Of a stretch of DNA of 64,000 bases, positions 20,621 through 30,982 are shown one piece after another. The notes under the pieces are model-generated. The model was given only the letters and a program-made list of their open reading frames with translations, did not search any database and was not told the origin of the DNA. Within the stretch, counting starts at the first letter, position 1. Each line of letters opens with the position of its first letter. A program made the translations under genes and the position numbers. This DNA is from an uncultured Aminicenantes bacterium (lineage in GTDB: Bacteria; Acidobacteriota; Aminicenantia; UBA2199): NCBI GenBank assembly GCA_965195285.1, contig CBDAFS010000062.1, positions 96,001 to 160,000 of the forward strand, given 5' to 3'.

Positions 20621-21275
20621 ACTTTTCAACAACAATGGTCACTTCAACCGATTCGACATCTTCAAATCTTAGAATCTCCTCCCGCTTTTTCAAATCAAGT
20701 GTTAAGGTAATCGTTTCCGTAACCTTGGATCGGTCAACAGGCTCCAGGGTGGAAATAATGTTGATGGGCTGGATTCGGGATTTGTATCCGAATATTTTGA
20801 CCCTCTGGGGTCGAATGCGTACCTCTTTGACCTTTACATTTTTGCTGTAGTCCCGGACAAACTGAACTTTCACCGGAACTTCTTTGGTCATGAACTCTTC
20901 GACCTTCATCTCGATCATCTTGGGATGAATTGAGACCACCCGGGTATCTTCAGGCGTTATCAGGTAATCCTCGGTAAACACATTCAGGCGCATACTTTCC
21001 CGAATTCCCCTTAGATCGATTAGGATCTTGAAGTTTTCCGACAGAACTTTTTTCATTTCACTGGAAGTTCCCCGCACTTTGATTTTTACCTTTTCGGGCC
21101 TTACCAGCCTCACATCGATATTTTCCGAAACATTTATGTATTCCACATCAATATCCAGGGTTTTCTCCACATAGAGCCTTTCTTTCCCGGATATCTGAAT
21201 CCAGACAAACAGGGCAATGAAGAGCGCGGTCAGCTTTAAACCGATGTTATTAAAAAGAATCTTTTTTATATTCAT
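20604..21275 (-). CDS. cdaR: YbbR/CdaR-domain regulator of diadenylate cyclase
   Basis: N-terminal NIGLKLTALFIALFVW TM plus beta-rich repeats (P..VKIKVRG); sits between cdaA and glmM. Confidence 0.85.
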   Translation of the reverse strand: MNIKKILFNNIGLKLTALFIALFVWIQISGKERLYVEKTLDIDVEYINVSENIDVRLVRPEKVKIKVRGTSSEMKKVLSENFKILIDLRGIRESMRLNVFTEDYLITPEDTRVVSIHPKMIEMKVEEFMTKEVPVKVQFVRDYSKNVKVKEVRIRPQRVKIFGYKSRIQPINIISTLEPVDRSKVTETITLTLDLKKREEILRFEDVESVEVTIVVEKYDQRK

Positions 21276-21277
21276 GG

Positions 21278-22036
21278 TCAAATCTGGTAATGAGCCAGCC
21301 TGGTTTTTAATCCCTCTCGATCCAATCCCCTGATCAACTCTCCATTAACGGCTAGGGAAATTTTTCCAGTCTCTTCTGAAACCACAATGGCAATACAGTC
21401 CGTCTGCTGGGTAATCCCGATAGCGGCCAGGTGGCGGGTGCCGCTGGGACTGAGCTCCAGGAGCGGGGGCAGTGGAAAAAAACACCTAGCCAATTCGATT
21501 CGATTCTTACTGATGATGACGGCTCCATCATGCAGGGGCGAGTGGGGAGTGAATATGGTCAGGAGCAGGTCTTTACTGATATCCGCATCGACCTTTACCG
21601 GTTTGTTTACATAATTTTTTACATTGATTTCCCTTTCAATGGCAATGATGGCCCCGATTTTCGACAAGGATAAAGCCACCACAGTATTAACGATTTCATC
21701 AATGAACTCAGACTTGTTTGACTGGGCATACTTTGTTTTTAACTTGCTGCCTATTTCTGCCAGTATTTTTTTCAGTTCATCCTGGAACAGTACGATAATG
21801 GCAAAAATAAGGTAAGTCATAAAATTATTGAGAATAAAGGAGAAAGCGGTCAATTTCATAAAACTGGCAATAAAGGCGAAAACTCCGATCAGGGCCAGAC
21901 CAATGGCTACCTGATATGATTTGGTACCCTTGATAAGCAACAGCAGATAGTAAAAAAGAAGGAACAAAAACAGAATATCAATGACATCACTCAGATTAAA
22001 CTGGGAAAAAGCCGCAATTATATAGTCAAAACTCAT
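21278..22036 (-). CDS. cdaA: Membrane-bound diadenylate cyclase (c-di-AMP synthesis)
   Basis: Three N-terminal TMs, PLHDGA, GTRHLAA, VSEETG motifs. Confidence 0.95.
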   Translation of the reverse strand: MSFDYIIAAFSQFNLSDVIDILFLFLLFYYLLLLIKGTKSYQVAIGLALIGVFAFIASFMKLTAFSFILNNFMTYLIFAIIVLFQDELKKILAEIGSKLKTKYAQSNKSEFIDEIVNTVVALSLSKIGAIIAIEREINVKNYVNKPVKVDADISKDLLLTIFTPHSPLHDGAVIISKNRIELARCFFPLPPLLELSPSGTRHLAAIGITQQTDCIAIVVSEETGKISLAVNGELIRGLDREGLKTRLAHYQI

Positions 22037-22047
22037 TTACTTCTAAT

Positions 22048-23910
22048 CTAAATCCCGGGTTTCTTTTTTTTGACATTTTTCTTTTTTGGTTTTGCCTTGC
22101 TTTTTGCAATAACCGCATCGATCTCCTCTGAAGACAGAGATTCTTTATCCAGCAGTAATCTGGCTATGGTTTTCAAAGCGCTCTTATTTTCCAGGATGAT
22201 CTTTTCCGAGTTTCCATAGGCCTCATCAATAATCTTCTTCACTTCCTTGTCGATCTTCCGGGCGGTTTCCTCCGAATATTCGTTATGATAGGCCAGTTCT
22301 CTCCCCAGAAAAATCATATCATCCTTTCTCCCGAATGTCTGGGTACCCAGGGAAGACATTCCCCACTCGCATACCATTTTACGGGCGATAGAAGTGGCCT
22401 TCTCAAAATCATGACCCCCGCCGGTGGTTAATTTATTCAAGAATATTTTTTCAGAAATCCTGCCGCCCAGCAGAACGGAAAGCTGAGCTCCCAGATAAGA
22501 CTTGGAATAGGTATACTTGTCGTTCAAAGGCAATTGCTGGGTGACACCCATGGCCATGCCTCTGGGGATAATGGAAACCTTATGAAGCGGATCGGCTTCT
22601 TCCTGAAGAGATGCAACCAGGGCATGACCGGCCTCATGATAGGCGGTAATTTCTTTTTCCTCATCGGAAATAATCATACTTTTCCGTTCGGCCCCCATTA
22701 ACACCTTGTCCTTTGCATATTCAAAATCCTTCATTTCTACTTTTTTCTTTCCGCTTCTGGACGCCCAGAGAGCCGCTTCATTGACCATATTGGCGATATC
22801 GGCGCCGGTAAAACCCGGAGTGGAACGGCCCAGGATCTTCAGGTTTACATTTTTGGACATGGGAATTTTCCGGGTGTGAACTTTCAAAATTTCTTCCCGT
22901 CCCTTTACATCCGGGATGGGAACCACGACCCGCCGGTCAAAACGACCGGGCCTCAGCAACGCGGAGTCCAGTATATCGGGCCGGTTGGTTGCTGCAATAA
23001 TAATAACCCCTTCATTGGCATCGAATCCATCCATCTCAACCAGCAGCTGGTTCAGGGTCTGTTCACGTTCATCATGTCCGCCACCGAGCCCGGCTCCCCT
23101 CTGCCTTCCGACAGCATCGATTTCATCAATAAAGATCAAGCAGGGCGCATTTTTCTTGCCCTCATTGAACAGGTCTCTTACCCTGGAAGCACCGACTCCG
23201 ACAAACAATTCCACAAAATCAGAACCTGAAATGGTAAAGAAAGGGACATTGGCCTCACCGGCTATGGCTTTGGCCAGCAGGGTCTTACCGGTTCCCGGGG
23301 GTCCGATCAGCAATACTCCCTTGGGAATCTTGCCTCCCAGTTTTTGAAATTTTTTAGGCTCTTTCAAAAATTCAATGATTTCCTGAAGCTCTTCCTTGGA
23401 CTCATCAATCCCAGCCACATCCATGAAAGTAACCTTGTTTTTTTCCCCGGAAAACAAACGGGCCTTGCTTTTGCCGAAGGTAAAGGCTTTACCGCCGCCC
23501 TGCTGCCTCATCAAAACCACCCAGAAAACAATCAGTATTAAAAATGGAGCCCAGGAGAGAATGATCGAAAGCCACTCATTTTTATTTAGCTTTTCAACTT
23601 CGATGGAAATTCCATTCTTTCTCAATATGGAAATAAACTCCGGATAGTCAACCGGAATGGCAGTTTCATATTTTTCCACTTCCAAACCCCGGCTGATATC
23701 ACTGGTGACTTTTCCGGTAACCACATTGCTGTCAATATAGGCAGTAACAATTTCCTTGCTTTCCACCTTTTCCATGAATTCCGAAAAGGTTAACTTGGTG
23801 GTTTTGGCATTGGTGACGTTGGAGAGCATATTCCACAACAGTATTATGATGATAAAAGAAGCAACCCAGAAAAGAATTCCTTTTGGCCTCTTTTGATTGA
23901 TATTCTTCAT
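22048..23910 (-). CDS. ftsH: ATP-dependent zinc metalloprotease FtsH
   Basis: Two TMs, [28 protein letters not shown]. Confidence 0.99.
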   Translation of the reverse strand: MKNINQKRPKGILFWVASFIIIILLWNMLSNVTNAKTTKLTFSEFMEKVESKEIVTAYIDSNVVTGKVTSDISRGLEVEKYETAIPVDYPEFISILRKNGISIEVEKLNKNEWLSIILSWAPFLILIVFWVVLMRQQGGGKAFTFGKSKARLFSGEKNKVTFMDVAGIDESKEELQEIIEFLKEPKKFQKLGGKIPKGVLLIGPPGTGKTLLAKAIAGEANVPFFTISGSDFVELFVGVGASRVRDLFNEGKKNAPCLIFIDEIDAVGRQRGAGLGGGHDEREQTLNQLLVEMDGFDANEGVIIIAATNRPDILDSALLRPGRFDRRVVVPIPDVKGREEILKVHTRKIPMSKNVNLKILGRSTPGFTGADIANMVNEAALWASRSGKKKVEMKDFEYAKDKVLMGAERKSMIISDEEKEITAYHEAGHALVASLQEEADPLHKVSIIPRGMAMGVTQQLPLNDKYTYSKSYLGAQLSVLLGGRISEKIFLNKLTTGGGHDFEKATSIARKMVCEWGMSSLGTQTFGRKDDMIFLGRELAYHNEYSEETARKIDKEVKKIIDEAYGNSEKIILENKSALKTIARLLLDKESLSSEEIDAVIAKSKAKPKKKNVKKKKPGI

Positions 23911-24035
23911 TTTTTCCTCGGATACAATATTTTAGAATGATATTATAACATAAATTAATCGGATTAAAAAGCCGGTGCCATTCCCGAAATCCACTACCTA
24001 AATTTTTTAAATATCTGTAAAGCATTATGAATAAA

Positions 24036-24132
24036 GGGTAAGGTCAAGCCCTGTTGAGTTATTCAACAGGGCAAGCCTTACCCCTACAAAAAAGATAAGA
24101 AAATTGTAGGGTGCAACCCTTGCGGTTGCCCC
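24036..24132. repeat. Pair of GTAG-type REP palindromes in opposite orientation (REPIN-like)
   Basis: Plus strand GTAG-GGTGCAACC-CTTGC-GGTTGCCCC (24106-24132). Minus strand GTAG-GGGTAAGG...CCTTACCC (24087-24036), containing an inner hairpin GCCCTGTTGA/TCAACAGGGC. Confidence 0.7.
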
Positions 24133-24352
24133 ATTGATGAGGTTTCTTCTTTTTTGATGAAGAATTTTGGATTCATGGAAAAACAGGATTACCTGAATAT
24201 CTAATAAGACCGGGACCAGACAATGGTTAATTTCATGAATAAATGATATAATTCAAACAGGGTGCAGAAAAAATTCTTCGACACTTCATGAAAAAAAGTG
24301 GGCTTGAATTTATGTTCTGGATTGAACATAATTAAAGTTAAGGAGCGGGAAT

Positions 24353-25003
24353 ATGATTAAAGTGGAACTCTTATCAATAACACCTTCAGCAGAAAAATTG
24401 ATCGAGGATGCCGGTCGGACCGCTTACTTATCCTTTCATAAAGAGATAAAATACAGTGGCCGGGACTTCATCAAAATGCTCATCAACAAAGACCACATAT
24501 CCGTACTCGAACATGCCCTGGCCACCTTCAGAATCAAAGGCGGTTCCAGGTCCTTTACCCATCAAATGGTCAGGCATCGTTTATGTTCTTTCACCCAGCA
24601 ATCCCAGCGCTATGTGGATGAATCCAAGTTCAGTTACTCCATTCCGAATTCCATCAAGCAAGACCCGAAAATCGAAAATTTATACAGAAATTTCATGAAA
24701 AGGGCCAAAACCGTATATACCGAACTTCAGGAGCTGGGTATAAAAAATGAGGATGCCCGTTTTATTCTGCCCAATGCCGTGGAGAGCGAAATCGTGGTAA
24801 CAGCCAATTTCAGGGAATGGCGGCATATTTTTGAATTGCGGGGAGAAGCCGAGGCCCAGTGGGAGATTCGAACCATCATGATCAAAATCCTCAAAATTCT
24901 TAAAAAAAAGGCCCCTGCCATTTTTGAGGATTACGAGATAGACGAACAAAACCAAATTATAAATAAAGCCAACAAAACCGGGACCCTCACCGAAAGCACA
25001 TAA
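24353..25003 (+). CDS. thyX: FAD-dependent thymidylate synthase
   Basis: HISVLEH, RSFTHQMVRHR-LCSFTQQ-SQRY ThyX motif, EDARFILP, AQWEIR. Confidence 0.97.
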   Translation: MIKVELLSITPSAEKLIEDAGRTAYLSFHKEIKYSGRDFIKMLINKDHISVLEHALATFRIKGGSRSFTHQMVRHRLCSFTQQSQRYVDESKFSYSIPNSIKQDPKIENLYRNFMKRAKTVYTELQELGIKNEDARFILPNAVESEIVVTANFREWRHIFELRGEAEAQWEIRTIMIKILKILKKKAPAIFEDYEIDEQNQIINKANKTGTLTEST

Positions 25004-26282
25004 CTCCAATATATTGCTCACCCGGAAGTATAAAACCGGATTCCGGCAAACCGTGACCGATATTCTGAAGTAACCGGGCAACGGTCCTTTTTAGCACCTG
25101 GCTGGATTGGAATAGGTGGGACAATTGTTTTTCCAGGGAATAGTAACAGTGAACGATTCTTTTTCCTTCACTCGATGGCATCAAAACCTCATCGCGATAT
25201 TGTCGAAAGCGTTTCAGCAATACCCGGCTTTCCCTCAGAGAGGCCTCACTGTTAATCAACTCTTCAATAAAACAGGAAGAATCAGTATCGGAATCCGTGC
25301 TATCTCCGGAGATATAATCTTGGTAGGTTTTATAAGCCGGCTTCTCTTCCAGTGCTTTTTTCAAAACCCCCCAGGGCGGAATCTCTGCTATTGAACTATC
25401 GATAATTTCATAAAAAAAAATTTTATCAGGATACCGCTTCTCGTCTCTGGTCTGCAGCATTTCCAGGTAATAATCAGCCTGCTGTTGTTCGGAGATCGAC
25501 CAGGTTTCCCAGCCGGTTTCAGTAACCCAGAAGGGCTTGTATTGATTCCCGGTCTCTCTGACAATCTGGCTTACCGAGGGGAACTCAATCCCGTCAATAA
25601 TTTCCCCGCCTTCCAGCTTTTTGAAAAGAAATTCGATTCCAAGTGATTCATATATATGGTGTGAGATGACATCAATATGCTCTCCGGCATATTCCAGAAG
25701 ATATCTCAACCAAAGATACCACTCCTTGCCGGTACTGACCAGATGAGCCAATTCCGGGCCGACAATCTGAGCAGAGGAATCGGTACTTCTTATGGCCTCA
25801 ACTCCGGGTAAAAAAACTTTCTCCAGAAATGCCTCTTTCCCTCCGATGAAAAATTCGGGCACATTGGGTTCATTCCAAATATTCCAGTATTTTACCCGGT
25901 CCTGGTATCGGCTGACGGTTACGGTAATAAAATGCCGCCAGTCCGCAATGCTGTCGGCCGGATAATTGGCTCCTTTGCCATTGTTGGCCCATTCCGGAGT
26001 ACTTTCAAAAATGGCCAACACCGAAAGATCATTCTGATAGGCAAAATCAATTACACGATCTGTACGGGAAAAATCATATACCCCTTGGGCAGGTTCCATT
26101 TCACTCCAGAACAGATCAATGCGAATCCATTTGATTCCGGCATCCTTTACCTTTTGCAAAACCTCATTCTCCGAAAGGTGAACATTGATTCCGAAAGGCG
26201 ATGAAGAGACATTTGCCGCATAAATAATGAAGCCGAGGCACAGGCAGCAGAATATCAAGATGGGTTTCATTTTCGGATTCAT
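24987..26282 (-). CDS. Secreted clan GH-A glycoside hydrolase (GH39/GH5-like) with C-terminal CFI-box-CTERM-like domain
   Basis: Signal peptide, FGIN, WIRIDLFW, WNEPN acid/base, VTETGW nucleophile; acidic linker then SSCFI...LKRFRQYRDEVL...GKRIVHCYY. Confidence 0.75.
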   Translation of the reverse strand: MNPKMKPILIFCCLCLGFIIYAANVSSSPFGINVHLSENEVLQKVKDAGIKWIRIDLFWSEMEPAQGVYDFSRTDRVIDFAYQNDLSVLAIFESTPEWANNGKGANYPADSIADWRHFITVTVSRYQDRVKYWNIWNEPNVPEFFIGGKEAFLEKVFLPGVEAIRSTDSSAQIVGPELAHLVSTGKEWYLWLRYLLEYAGEHIDVISHHIYESLGIEFLFKKLEGGEIIDGIEFPSVSQIVRETGNQYKPFWVTETGWETWSISEQQQADYYLEMLQTRDEKRYPDKIFFYEIIDSSIAEIPPWGVLKKALEEKPAYKTYQDYISGDSTDSDTDSSCFIEELINSEASLRESRVLLKRFRQYRDEVLMPSSEGKRIVHCYYSLEKQLSHLFQSSQVLKRTVARLLQNIGHGLPESGFILPGEQYIGVMCFR

Positions 26283-28048
26283 TTTTTTATTTCGAATTTG
26301 AATTTGTGGGCAACGGTTTTTATTTCGATACCCATTTTTTTATCTCCCTTGGTGATCAGGTCCAGGAGCTTTATCCGGATCTTCCTTTCAATGATGCTAC
26401 TCACCGAATGGCCATAATGTCCATCTCTCACAGCTATACCGGCAATGGTATTTAAAACCGGTTCACCAACAAATAATCGGGTATGGTATTTTTTCATTAG
26501 TACCGTCTTCAACCAATTGATTTTTTCGCCGGCAATTTGTTTCAAATGTTTTCTGGTAAGGGGAACGAATTCAATGATCTCATCCACCCAATCCAGTACA
26601 TTCATGATCTTGGACGGAATCACGATTGATTTCGATCGGGTATCCGATTTGACAAAACCAATCTTCTTTCCCTTTTTTTCTTCTCCGATTCTGGTTAAAT
26701 TCAGGACAAAAATAATATTGGTCAAATAATGTTTCTTGCCAAAAGCATCAATGATATACCCCTGACTGAAGACTTTGCCCAGAAAGGCCAGCACCATGGA
26801 ATGGGCATGACCGATATGTTCAAACAATATGACCGAAAACGGATGACTCTCTACTTCCTGGACCAGTACTCCCGGTGCCAATCGGGTATCCCCGATCAAT
26901 TTTCGAATATCCTCGGGCTTCCTGTAATCCAGCAGGTCGATTGTTCTTAATTTGTTTTCATCTCCAAACAAGTATTCGGCTATTTTCGAAGCCAGGTAAC
27001 TTTTACCCACCCCGGTAGCCCCCAGGAACAAGAATATTCCCTCCGGTCGGGTATCGTTCAGCTCGGTTTCCAGCCGTGACAATTTTATGATACGTGAAAT
27101 TTCAGCCAACGCCTCAGTTTGATTGACCACCTTTTTTTTAAGCTGTTCATGAATACCCCGGGAGTGCAGATAGGGATCCAGTTTGACAATCCCCATGCGA
27201 AGTTTGGAAATATCACTCACACTTTTATAAATATCGTTTTCTCTCAGTTCCGCTTTGCCTTTCAAAGATGATTTTGAACATGACAGATCCAATAAATCAA
27301 TGGCCTTATGGGGAAATGCCCGATGGGGAATGAAATTGCGGGCCAGAAAATAAATTTTATCAAAAAGTTTCTCTTCAATATCCAGGGCGTAATATTTTTC
27401 AAAATAGGATTTGACACCTTTTAAAATGACCAGCATCTCCTTTTCATCAGGCTCATTAATGAAAACCAGGGAAAAACTCAGGGAAAGCATCTCATCATGT
27501 TTTATATATTTAAAATAATTCTCCGGAGTGGTGGCGGCAATAATATTTAACTCCCGATTGGCAAGAAGGGACTTCAACAAACTCTGCATCTGCAAGAACT
27601 CATCCCCCCGGTTGGTTCCCATTACCGATTGAATCTGCATTTCATCCAGAAACAATATGATCTTTTCCCGGTATTTTTTTATCTCAGAAAATAATTTCTC
27701 AAAATCTTTAATCAAGACATCGACCGATTCCCGGGAATAGAGGAAGGTATTCATGGACAGTTCAAGGATTACTTTTTGTTTCAAATAGCGAGGAACATTT
27801 CCCTTATTGATCCTGGAGGCAATCTCGGTAATGAGAGCCGTTTTCCCGACTCCCGGTTTACCAATCAGCAACAGGTTGTTTTTTAATTTTCTCAACAGGG
27901 ATTCCATTACCGCTTCAATCTCTTTTTCCCTTCTGATAAAGGGAAAACGATCTCCCTGATCGGCTATTTCACTTAAATTTTCAAGAAAACGGTGAAACTC
28001 AGGAGATATCTCCAGTTGGTCCAAATTTTCAGGCATTGATTTTTTCAA
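26279..28048 (-). CDS. ClpA/ClpC-family double-AAA protein lacking the N-domain, with degenerate catalytic motifs
   Basis: KNNLLLIGKPGVGKT, FPHKAIDLLD, RPEGIFLFLGATGVGKS, IGF loop; several catalytic residues replaced (see findings). Confidence 0.85.
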   Translation of the reverse strand: MKKSMPENLDQLEISPEFHRFLENLSEIADQGDRFPFIRREKEIEAVMESLLRKLKNNLLLIGKPGVGKTALITEIASRINKGNVPRYLKQKVILELSMNTFLYSRESVDVLIKDFEKLFSEIKKYREKIILFLDEMQIQSVMGTNRGDEFLQMQSLLKSLLANRELNIIAATTPENYFKYIKHDEMLSLSFSLVFINEPDEKEMLVILKGVKSYFEKYYALDIEEKLFDKIYFLARNFIPHRAFPHKAIDLLDLSCSKSSLKGKAELRENDIYKSVSDISKLRMGIVKLDPYLHSRGIHEQLKKKVVNQTEALAEISRIIKLSRLETELNDTRPEGIFLFLGATGVGKSYLASKIAEYLFGDENKLRTIDLLDYRKPEDIRKLIGDTRLAPGVLVQEVESHPFSVILFEHIGHAHSMVLAFLGKVFSQGYIIDAFGKKHYLTNIIFVLNLTRIGEEKKGKKIGFVKSDTRSKSIVIPSKIMNVLDWVDEIIEFVPLTRKHLKQIAGEKINWLKTVLMKKYHTRLFVGEPVLNTIAGIAVRDGHYGHSVSSIIERKIRIKLLDLITKGDKKMGIEIKTVAHKFKFEIKK

Positions 28049-28113
28049 TCCCCATCTGGTTGAGAGAAACGAAAAATAAATTTAGATAAAATACCGGGTA
28101 TATTCATATATCT

Positions 28114-29508
28114 TCAATCACCTTTATCGATAAATCGAAATTTCAAAATGGTTCTCCATAATATTTCCAGATCCAGTTTTAAAGTCCAGTTCTGAATATA
28201 ATAGATGTCAAATTCAATCCGTTTATCCAGCGGTGTATTCTGGCGCAGGCCATGTACCTGGGCCCAGCCGGTTATCCCGGTTTTTACCCGGTGGCGTAAC
28301 ATATATTTGGGAATATCATTTTTAAATTTTTCCACGAATTTAGGTCTTTCAGGCCTGGGACCCACCAAACTCATATCCCCCTTCAGGACATTTAACAATT
28401 GGGGCAATTCATCAATGGAAAATTTTCTTAAAAAACAGCCGATTCGGGTAATTCTTTTGTCATCGGCAGGAGACCAGATTATCCCGGTTTTCTTTTCGGC
28501 ATTTTCGATCATGGTTCTGAATTTTATGATATTGAAATGTTTTCCGTCAAGTCCGACCCGCCACTGGGTATAAAACACCGGCCCCCGGGAATCCAGCTTG
28601 ATCCACAGGGCAATCAAGCCCAAAAACGGGAGCAATAAAATAATTCCGACGAGGCTGAAAACCAGGTCGAAAACCCTCTTGATACTCAGCCGGTATCCGT
28701 GAAGGGGGATATCCCCCAGATTGATGGTGGGAATTCCCTCCAGGTGTTCCATACCGGCTTTCAGGGACGCAATCTGGAGAATATCGGGAACCAGCTTGAT
28801 ATCCAGGAAAAGGTTGTTACCGGTTTTGATTAATTTCATGATGGATTCGTATTCCTTCAATGAGAGCGCAATAAAAAGATCGGTAACACCATGTTTTCGA
28901 ACGATCTTTTCCAGGTCCTCGTATTTTCCCAGCACATTTTCCCGGTTTTCCGAACTCAAAAAGCCAATCACTTCAATGCCAAAATGGGAATATTTCTTCA
29001 GCTTTTCCGAAACCATCACTCCCATATCTCCGGCCCCGGCAATCAAAACCCTGGATACTCCGTTTTTCTTAATAAACAAATTGTTAAATACCCTGAAAAT
29101 CACTAACCGCAGGCAAAATACCAATGCGGTGCTCAGGGGAATATATATAAATAAATACACATGAGAAATTTCAAAATTTATGAAATTGTAACTTCTTAAA
29201 TAACTGATGATGAGGATAATGAAAAACGAAGAGATGACGGTGTTCACCATGACCAGAAACAGATCATCAAGCCGGTTTCGCCTTAGTTTCAGCTCATAAA
29301 AACCCTGGTAGGAAAAATACAAAACCTGGATAACCACCAGCAGGGGAAATACCAGCAGATATAGACCGTAGTGGGGAATCCCCTTCGGAGTACCGAACAG
29401 CCCCGAATAAAAGCGGACCCAGAAGGTCAGGTTAAAGGCAATAACGATGGCAATGATATCACTGAGCATATAAAACTGCAGCAACTGTTTTCTTTTTTTC
29501 CTGATCAT
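28114..29508 (-). CDS. Undecaprenyl-phosphate sugar phosphotransferase (WcaJ/WbaP type)
   Basis: Four N-terminal TMs, KRVFDL, KFRTM, DELPQL, GDMSLVGPRPE, GITGWAQV; ATGA overlap with the upstream GT. Confidence 0.93.
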   Translation of the reverse strand: MIRKKRKQLLQFYMLSDIIAIVIAFNLTFWVRFYSGLFGTPKGIPHYGLYLLVFPLLVVIQVLYFSYQGFYELKLRRNRLDDLFLVMVNTVISSFFIILIISYLRSYNFINFEISHVYLFIYIPLSTALVFCLRLVIFRVFNNLFIKKNGVSRVLIAGAGDMGVMVSEKLKKYSHFGIEVIGFLSSENRENVLGKYEDLEKIVRKHGVTDLFIALSLKEYESIMKLIKTGNNLFLDIKLVPDILQIASLKAGMEHLEGIPTINLGDIPLHGYRLSIKRVFDLVFSLVGIILLLPFLGLIALWIKLDSRGPVFYTQWRVGLDGKHFNIIKFRTMIENAEKKTGIIWSPADDKRITRIGCFLRKFSIDELPQLLNVLKGDMSLVGPRPERPKFVEKFKNDIPKYMLRHRVKTGITGWAQVHGLRQNTPLDKRIEFDIYYIQNWTLKLDLEILWRTILKFRFIDKGD

Positions 29509-30608
29509 TGTCTCTCTTGAAAACAAGTTTTCATTTTTTGTTGAAAAACCTCAGCCGAGAATCTCAAGCTGTTTTTCCGAATACCTGCAGTTGAGAATCC
29601 ATGGAACCGGTCATTTTCCATTTCTTTACACTTATCAATGGCCGCCATCAGGGTCTCAACCTCTTGATCTTCGAATAAAATTCCGGTTTTTTCATCTTCT
29701 ACAATATCCAGTACGCCACCTCTTTTAAAAGCCACAACCGGAACCCCGCAGGCCTGGGCTTCGACAAATGATATTCCGAAATCCTCAATGCCGGCAAACA
29801 CATAGGCTCTGGCATTCTGGTACAACTGCTTCAATGCTTCTGTGGAAATATCGCTTTTGAACTCAATGGTCTTTCCAGCCAATTTTTTCAATTTTTTTTC
29901 TTCAGATCCCCTGCCCACAATGATCAAACGCTCACCCAGACGATTAAATGCGTCAACCAGCAACCGGTTCCGCTTATAGGGTACCAGGGCGGATACAGCC
30001 AGAAAATAATTTTTTTCCGGATTCTTCAAAGGCTGAAAATAGTCAGTATCGACCGGCGGATGAATGACTTCGGATTCCCGCCGGTAATATTTCCAGATCC
30101 TTTCTTTGACAAAATTGGAATTGGCAATGAAGTAATCGACCCGCGCGGAACTGCACACATCCCAGCTGCGCAGTTTTGAGACCTGGTGTTTGATAAAAAA
30201 TTTCCGGAATCCCCCGACACCCTCAAAATATACCGGATACTGATCCCAGATATAACGCATGGGAGAATGAATATAGCTGATATGAATGGCATCCGGAGAG
30301 GGAATGACCCCTTTGGCCACACAATGGGAACTGCTGATAACCAGCCCATACCCGCTCAGGTCAAAGTCCTCAACCACTGCCGGGAAAAAAGGAAGAAAAT
30401 AGCGATATCGATTCCGGATATACCGGTAACGGTTCAGACTGGATGTAACAATACGATGCGATTTGATTTTCTCCGATATTTTGTTCTCGTCCAAAAAAAG
30501 AGTAAAAATATCTGCCTTTGGAAAAAAATCCAAAATGTATTCCAGAACTTTCTCCCCACCTCTCATTCCATTGAGCCAGTCATGAATAATTGCCACTTTA
30601 CCGTTCAT
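29505..30608 (-). CDS. Glycosyltransferase family 4 (WbaZ-like)
   Basis: HDWLNGMRGGEKVL, HSPMRY, EDFGISFVEAQACG (ExFGxxxxEA). Confidence 0.92.
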   Translation of the reverse strand: MNGKVAIIHDWLNGMRGGEKVLEYILDFFPKADIFTLFLDENKISEKIKSHRIVTSSLNRYRYIRNRYRYFLPFFPAVVEDFDLSGYGLVISSSHCVAKGVIPSPDAIHISYIHSPMRYIWDQYPVYFEGVGGFRKFFIKHQVSKLRSWDVCSSARVDYFIANSNFVKERIWKYYRRESEVIHPPVDTDYFQPLKNPEKNYFLAVSALVPYKRNRLLVDAFNRLGERLIIVGRGSEEKKLKKLAGKTIEFKSDISTEALKQLYQNARAYVFAGIEDFGISFVEAQACGVPVVAFKRGGVLDIVEDEKTGILFEDQEVETLMAAIDKCKEMENDRFHGFSTAGIRKNSLRFSAEVFQQKMKTCFQERQ

Positions 30609-30672
30609 TTTTAAAGGTTATTTTACACTCTCTCTGACAATAAATCAACTGTTACCGGCAAACCTCCCAAAT

Positions 30673-30710
30673 AAAAAAAAAGGACACGGTTTACCGTGTC
30701 CTCCTTTTTT
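30673..30710. terminator. Rho-independent terminator, probably bidirectional
   Basis: A-run, AGGACACGG-TTTA-CCGTGTCCT hairpin, T-run; just downstream of 30726..30962 (minus). Confidence 0.8.
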
Positions 30711-30725
30711 GGAAATTGAAAATGA

Positions 30726-30962
30726 TTAAAGAAATTTCTTTTTCAACTCCTTGGCCTTTCCAATTCCCTCTTTGGTTAAAATAACCGATTTACCGTTTCG
30801 GAACTGTTGAATCAGCGTTTCATCCTCCAGCTGGTTTAACACTTCAAACAGATAGCCATTCCAGGCCCGGTAAATCTTTTCTCCGGGAGTATTTCGCGAA
30901 TCTTCTTCCCACCCGGACAGGTAGAGTAGCAATAAATTGAGTTCCATGATTTTCGAATCCAT
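30726..30962 (-). CDS. Small winged-helix-like protein, DUF6429-like
   Basis: LLLYL...RAWNGY.FEVLNQL...KSVILTKEG pattern; AGGAGG RBS. Confidence 0.7.
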   Translation of the reverse strand: MDSKIMELNLLLLYLSGWEEDSRNTPGEKIYRAWNGYLFEVLNQLEDETLIQQFRNGKSVILTKEGIGKAKELKKKFL

Positions 30963-30982
30963 TTTGCCTCCTTATGATAAAG

